From the IMG/VR virus record IMGVR_UViG_3300036798_000553, positions 1 through 47,393 of that record: DNA of 47,393 nt; one strand, written 5' to 3'. This DNA comes from a virus (lineage: Duplodnaviria; Caudoviricetes). Of the stretch, positions 44,785 to 47,393 are shown piece by piece. The translations under genes were made by a program, and so were the position numbers. How positions within the stretch are numbered: the stretch's first letter is position 1; every line of letters begins with the position of its first letter. The notes below the pieces were generated by a model. That model saw only the letters and a program-made list of their open reading frames with translations. It had not been told where the DNA came from and searched no databases.

Positions 44785-45275
44785 GCGCCGAAGACGAGCC
44801 GCAGTTCGTACCGCCCGCGCTCGGTGAGTTGCGGCACTGGGCGGCGAAGATGGGCTGGGAATCCGACGAGACGTTCTTCGAGACCAGCTACCGCTTCCGT
44901 GCCTGGCGCCTGGAGGGCGAACGCCTGCATCTGATCTGGCGCGAGCGCTATTTCGTGCCGGTGGAATCCTGGCTGGAGACCCCGCAGGCCGATCCGCGCC
45001 TCGCGGTTCCCGACCCGGCCGCCGCGATCTGTGCGCTGCGCGTGCACGAGCAGACCTTCGACTTCAGTGCCATGGACGACGGCCAGGTGCTCGACCACCT
45101 CTACACCAAGAAGATCACTTGGCTGAACTCCTACACCGACCAGACCGAACAGGCCGTTGTCCCCGCCTCGCGCAGCACGCGCCTGTCGGTCAGCCGCATG
45201 GGCCGGCGTTTCCTCACTTTCGCCGACACCGCCTTTCGCTCGGTCGCGCTCGATGCGATCACCGACATCAAGTAG
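44781..45275 (+). CDS. hypothetical protein
   Basis: KKITWLNS...FRSVALDAI; coupled ORF. Confidence 0.7.
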   Translation: MSAEDEPQFVPPALGELRHWAAKMGWESDETFFETSYRFRAWRLEGERLHLIWRERYFVPVESWLETPQADPRLAVPDPAAAICALRVHEQTFDFSAMDDGQVLDHLYTKKITWLNSYTDQTEQAVVPASRSTRLSVSRMGRRFLTFADTAFRSVALDAITDIK

Positions 45276-45286
45276 GGAACCGCTCG

Positions 45287-45391
45287 ATGCGTCACGTCCT
45301 CATCCGCGCCATGTTCGTCTTGGGACTGGTGGTCGTGCTGTTCTTGATCGCCAAGCACTTCGACCCCTCTATCTTTCAGCCAGCTAAGTAG
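45287..45391 (+). CDS. small TM peptide
   Basis: MFVLGLVVVLFLI. Confidence 0.4.
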   Translation: MRHVLIRAMFVLGLVVVLFLIAKHFDPSIFQPAK

Positions 45392-45405
45392 GGTACATTG
45401 AGCGC

Positions 45406-47280
45406 ATGATAACGGTGGAGAAGCAGGACAACCGCATCCTGCTGTGGGCGCCCTGGACACCTGACGCCGACCTGTTCGAGGAGCGCAAGCGCCGCTGCAA
45501 GCTGGTCGACGGCAACCGGTGGGTCAAGACGCAGAAGGCCTGGTCCTATCCGCTGGAGTGGTCGACGTGCCTGGAGCTGCGGCAGGTCTGGGGCGCCGAA
45601 CTGCTGATCGGCCCTCAGCTCACCGCCTGGGCGACCGCCGAGAAGCAGCGCCGCGCCGAGCTGGCCGATATCGCCAAGCAGTCCTCTTTCGACCTCGTCC
45701 GCGTGCAGCGGGAAGCGCCGGAACTGGCCGAGGCGATGATGCAGCGCACCTACCAACAGGTCGGCGCGGCATTTCTGGCCCGGCTGAAGCACGGTTTGCT
45801 GGGCGACCAGCCCGGCTTGGGTAAGACGCTTCAGGCGATGGCCGCTGTGATCGAGTCCGGCGTCGAAGGCGTTATTCTGGTGGTGGCTCCGGCAACGGCG
45901 GTCCGCGGGACCTGGCTGCCGGAGATCGAGAAGTGGTTGCCCGGCGACGCGGTATGGGCCTGCACCGGCACGCGTGCGCACCGGATCAGGGTTATCCAGC
46001 AATGTCTCTTTGCACGGCCGGAGTCCGGTCGTCGGTGGCTGATTATCAACCCCGAGATGCTGGAGGTCGGCCACGACATCACCAAGAAGAAGGTGGTCGT
46101 CGGCCACCGCGACATCTACTACCACGACCTCGACGCCTTCTCTTTCGCGCACATTATTGTCGACGAGTCGCACCGAATGCTGATCACCCGCACCGCCAAA
46201 GTCAAGGACCAGCCGTACGTGCGGCAGGGTCTTGGCGCGCTCCAGGTGGTCGAGGGTGGTTTGCGGCTGGCAATGTCCGGCACGCCGATGCGCGGCAAGC
46301 AGGTCAACCTGTGGGGGACGCTGAACTGGCTCCAACCGCAGCGGTACACCTCGTTCTGGCGGTGGGTGGAGAAGTGGTTCGAGTGCTGGGACGACCCGGT
46401 GCAGGGGGATCGGGTGATCGGCGACCTCAAACCGCACCGCGAGCAGGAATTCCACCGCGAGCTGGACTCGGTCATGCTGCGCCGCACCAAGGCCGAGGTC
46501 GTGCCGGACCTGCCGCCGAAGCTCTACGCCGGCCGACGGTTGAAGAACCAGACCAACGGCGCGGCTGGCATCTGGCTGCCCATGACGCTTGAGCAGAAGC
46601 GCTGCTACGCCGAGATCCGCCGAGATGCCGCCGCGACCCTGGACGGCGGCACTCTGATGGCCAACGGCGTGCTCGCCGAGCTGACCCGACTGCGTCAATT
46701 CGCGGTCTGCGCCGCGAAGCTGGACGAAAACGGCGACCTGCGTCCTACGCTACTCAGCAACAAGTTCGAGTGGCTGGTCGCCTGGTTGGCTGAACGCGGT
46801 ATCGAGCGCGACGGCGAAGGCGAGTCCAAGGTGATAGTCGCCAGCCAATTCTCGCAGGTGCTCGACTTGTTCTCGGCCGAACTGAACAAACTCGGCATCG
46901 ACACCCTGATGATCACCGGCGTCGTCTCGGGCGCCCGCCGCGAAGCCGCCAAGACCAGTTTCCAGTCCGACGGCGGCCCGCGCGTCATGCTGCTCACCAC
47001 CACAGCGGGCGGGGTCTCCCTCACCCTCGATGCGGCCGACGACGTGATCTTCCTCGACGAAACCTGGATTCCCGACGACCAGGAGCAGGTCGAAGATCGA
47101 TCGCATAGGGTGTCTCGCATGCACCAGGTGACAATCTGGTACGTCCGCTCGCTCGGTACCGTCGAGCACCAGATCGCTACCGCCAACATCGAGGCCGACG
47201 ACCTTCAGAAAACCCTACTTGACGGCCGCCGAGGCGTCTCCATCGCCCGGCAGCTCCTCGACGACCCGAAGGAAAAGTGA
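45406..47280 (+). CDS. SNF2-family SF2 helicase
   Basis: DQPGLGKT, IIVDESH, MSGTP, LRRTK, GGVSLTL, QVEDRSHR. Confidence 0.93.
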   Translation: MITVEKQDNRILLWAPWTPDADLFEERKRRCKLVDGNRWVKTQKAWSYPLEWSTCLELRQVWGAELLIGPQLTAWATAEKQRRAELADIAKQSSFDLVRVQREAPELAEAMMQRTYQQVGAAFLARLKHGLLGDQPGLGKTLQAMAAVIESGVEGVILVVAPATAVRGTWLPEIEKWLPGDAVWACTGTRAHRIRVIQQCLFARPESGRRWLIINPEMLEVGHDITKKKVVVGHRDIYYHDLDAFSFAHIIVDESHRMLITRTAKVKDQPYVRQGLGALQVVEGGLRLAMSGTPMRGKQVNLWGTLNWLQPQRYTSFWRWVEKWFECWDDPVQGDRVIGDLKPHREQEFHRELDSVMLRRTKAEVVPDLPPKLYAGRRLKNQTNGAAGIWLPMTLEQKRCYAEIRRDAAATLDGGTLMANGVLAELTRLRQFAVCAAKLDENGDLRPTLLSNKFEWLVAWLAERGIERDGEGESKVIVASQFSQVLDLFSAELNKLGIDTLMITGVVSGARREAAKTSFQSDGGPRVMLLTTTAGGVSLTLDAADDVIFLDETWIPDDQEQVEDRSHRVSRMHQVTIWYVRSLGTVEHQIATANIEADDLQKTLLDGRRGVSIARQLLDDPKEK

Positions 47281-47393
47281 GTTCCGTGGAACAAATCAGT
47301 AAGCGCCTGATTAATTGGGCGTCCATTCTGGAGCCAAACACCCGCGCGCAAGCCGAGACGACAGCGTCGATGCCGTTCATCTATCCGCACCTC
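47277..47393 (+). CDS. partial hypothetical protein (runs off the right edge)
   Basis: GTGA overlap with the helicase stop, AAGGA RBS, open to the edge. Confidence 0.4.
   Translation, partial: MSSVEQISKRLINWASILEPNTRAQAETTASMPFIYPHL

Overview
High-GC DNA that reads as part of an actinobacterial tailed phage (or prophage; no integrase is visible in this window). From 1 to 12.0 kb on the minus strand is a head/packaging module: TerL, portal, scaffold, major capsid and head-tail connectors. An oppositely oriented cassette at 12.2-15.8 kb ends in an FtsK-like ATPase and is bounded by AT-rich DNA. From 16.2 to 27.5 kb on the minus strand are an EndoVII-like nuclease, a probable TerS, two LexA/SOS-type boxes, a D5-type helicase, a Toprim primase, a Dda/RecD-like helicase and an HTH protein. 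This stretch also carries seven paralogous ~86-aa helical-hairpin genes that resemble WXG100/ESAT-6 proteins lacking the Trp. From 27.7 to 35.1 kb on the plus strand are membrane proteins, a papain-like peptidase, a beta-helix fibre protein, an endolysin and a holin. From 36.5 to 44.3 kb is an RNA-rich island: tRNA-Arg(ACG), tRNA-Lys(TTT), two long hairpin-rich non-coding regions, D-armless tRNA-like elements, three tandem Y-RNA-like units, a Ro60/TROVE gene and a Pol-beta (RlaP-like) nucleotidyltransferase. A SNF2 helicase closes the window. The leading novelty candidates are the seven-member WXG100-like family and the Ro/multi-Y-RNA/large-ncRNA island. All calls come from motif recognition by eye; no searches were run.
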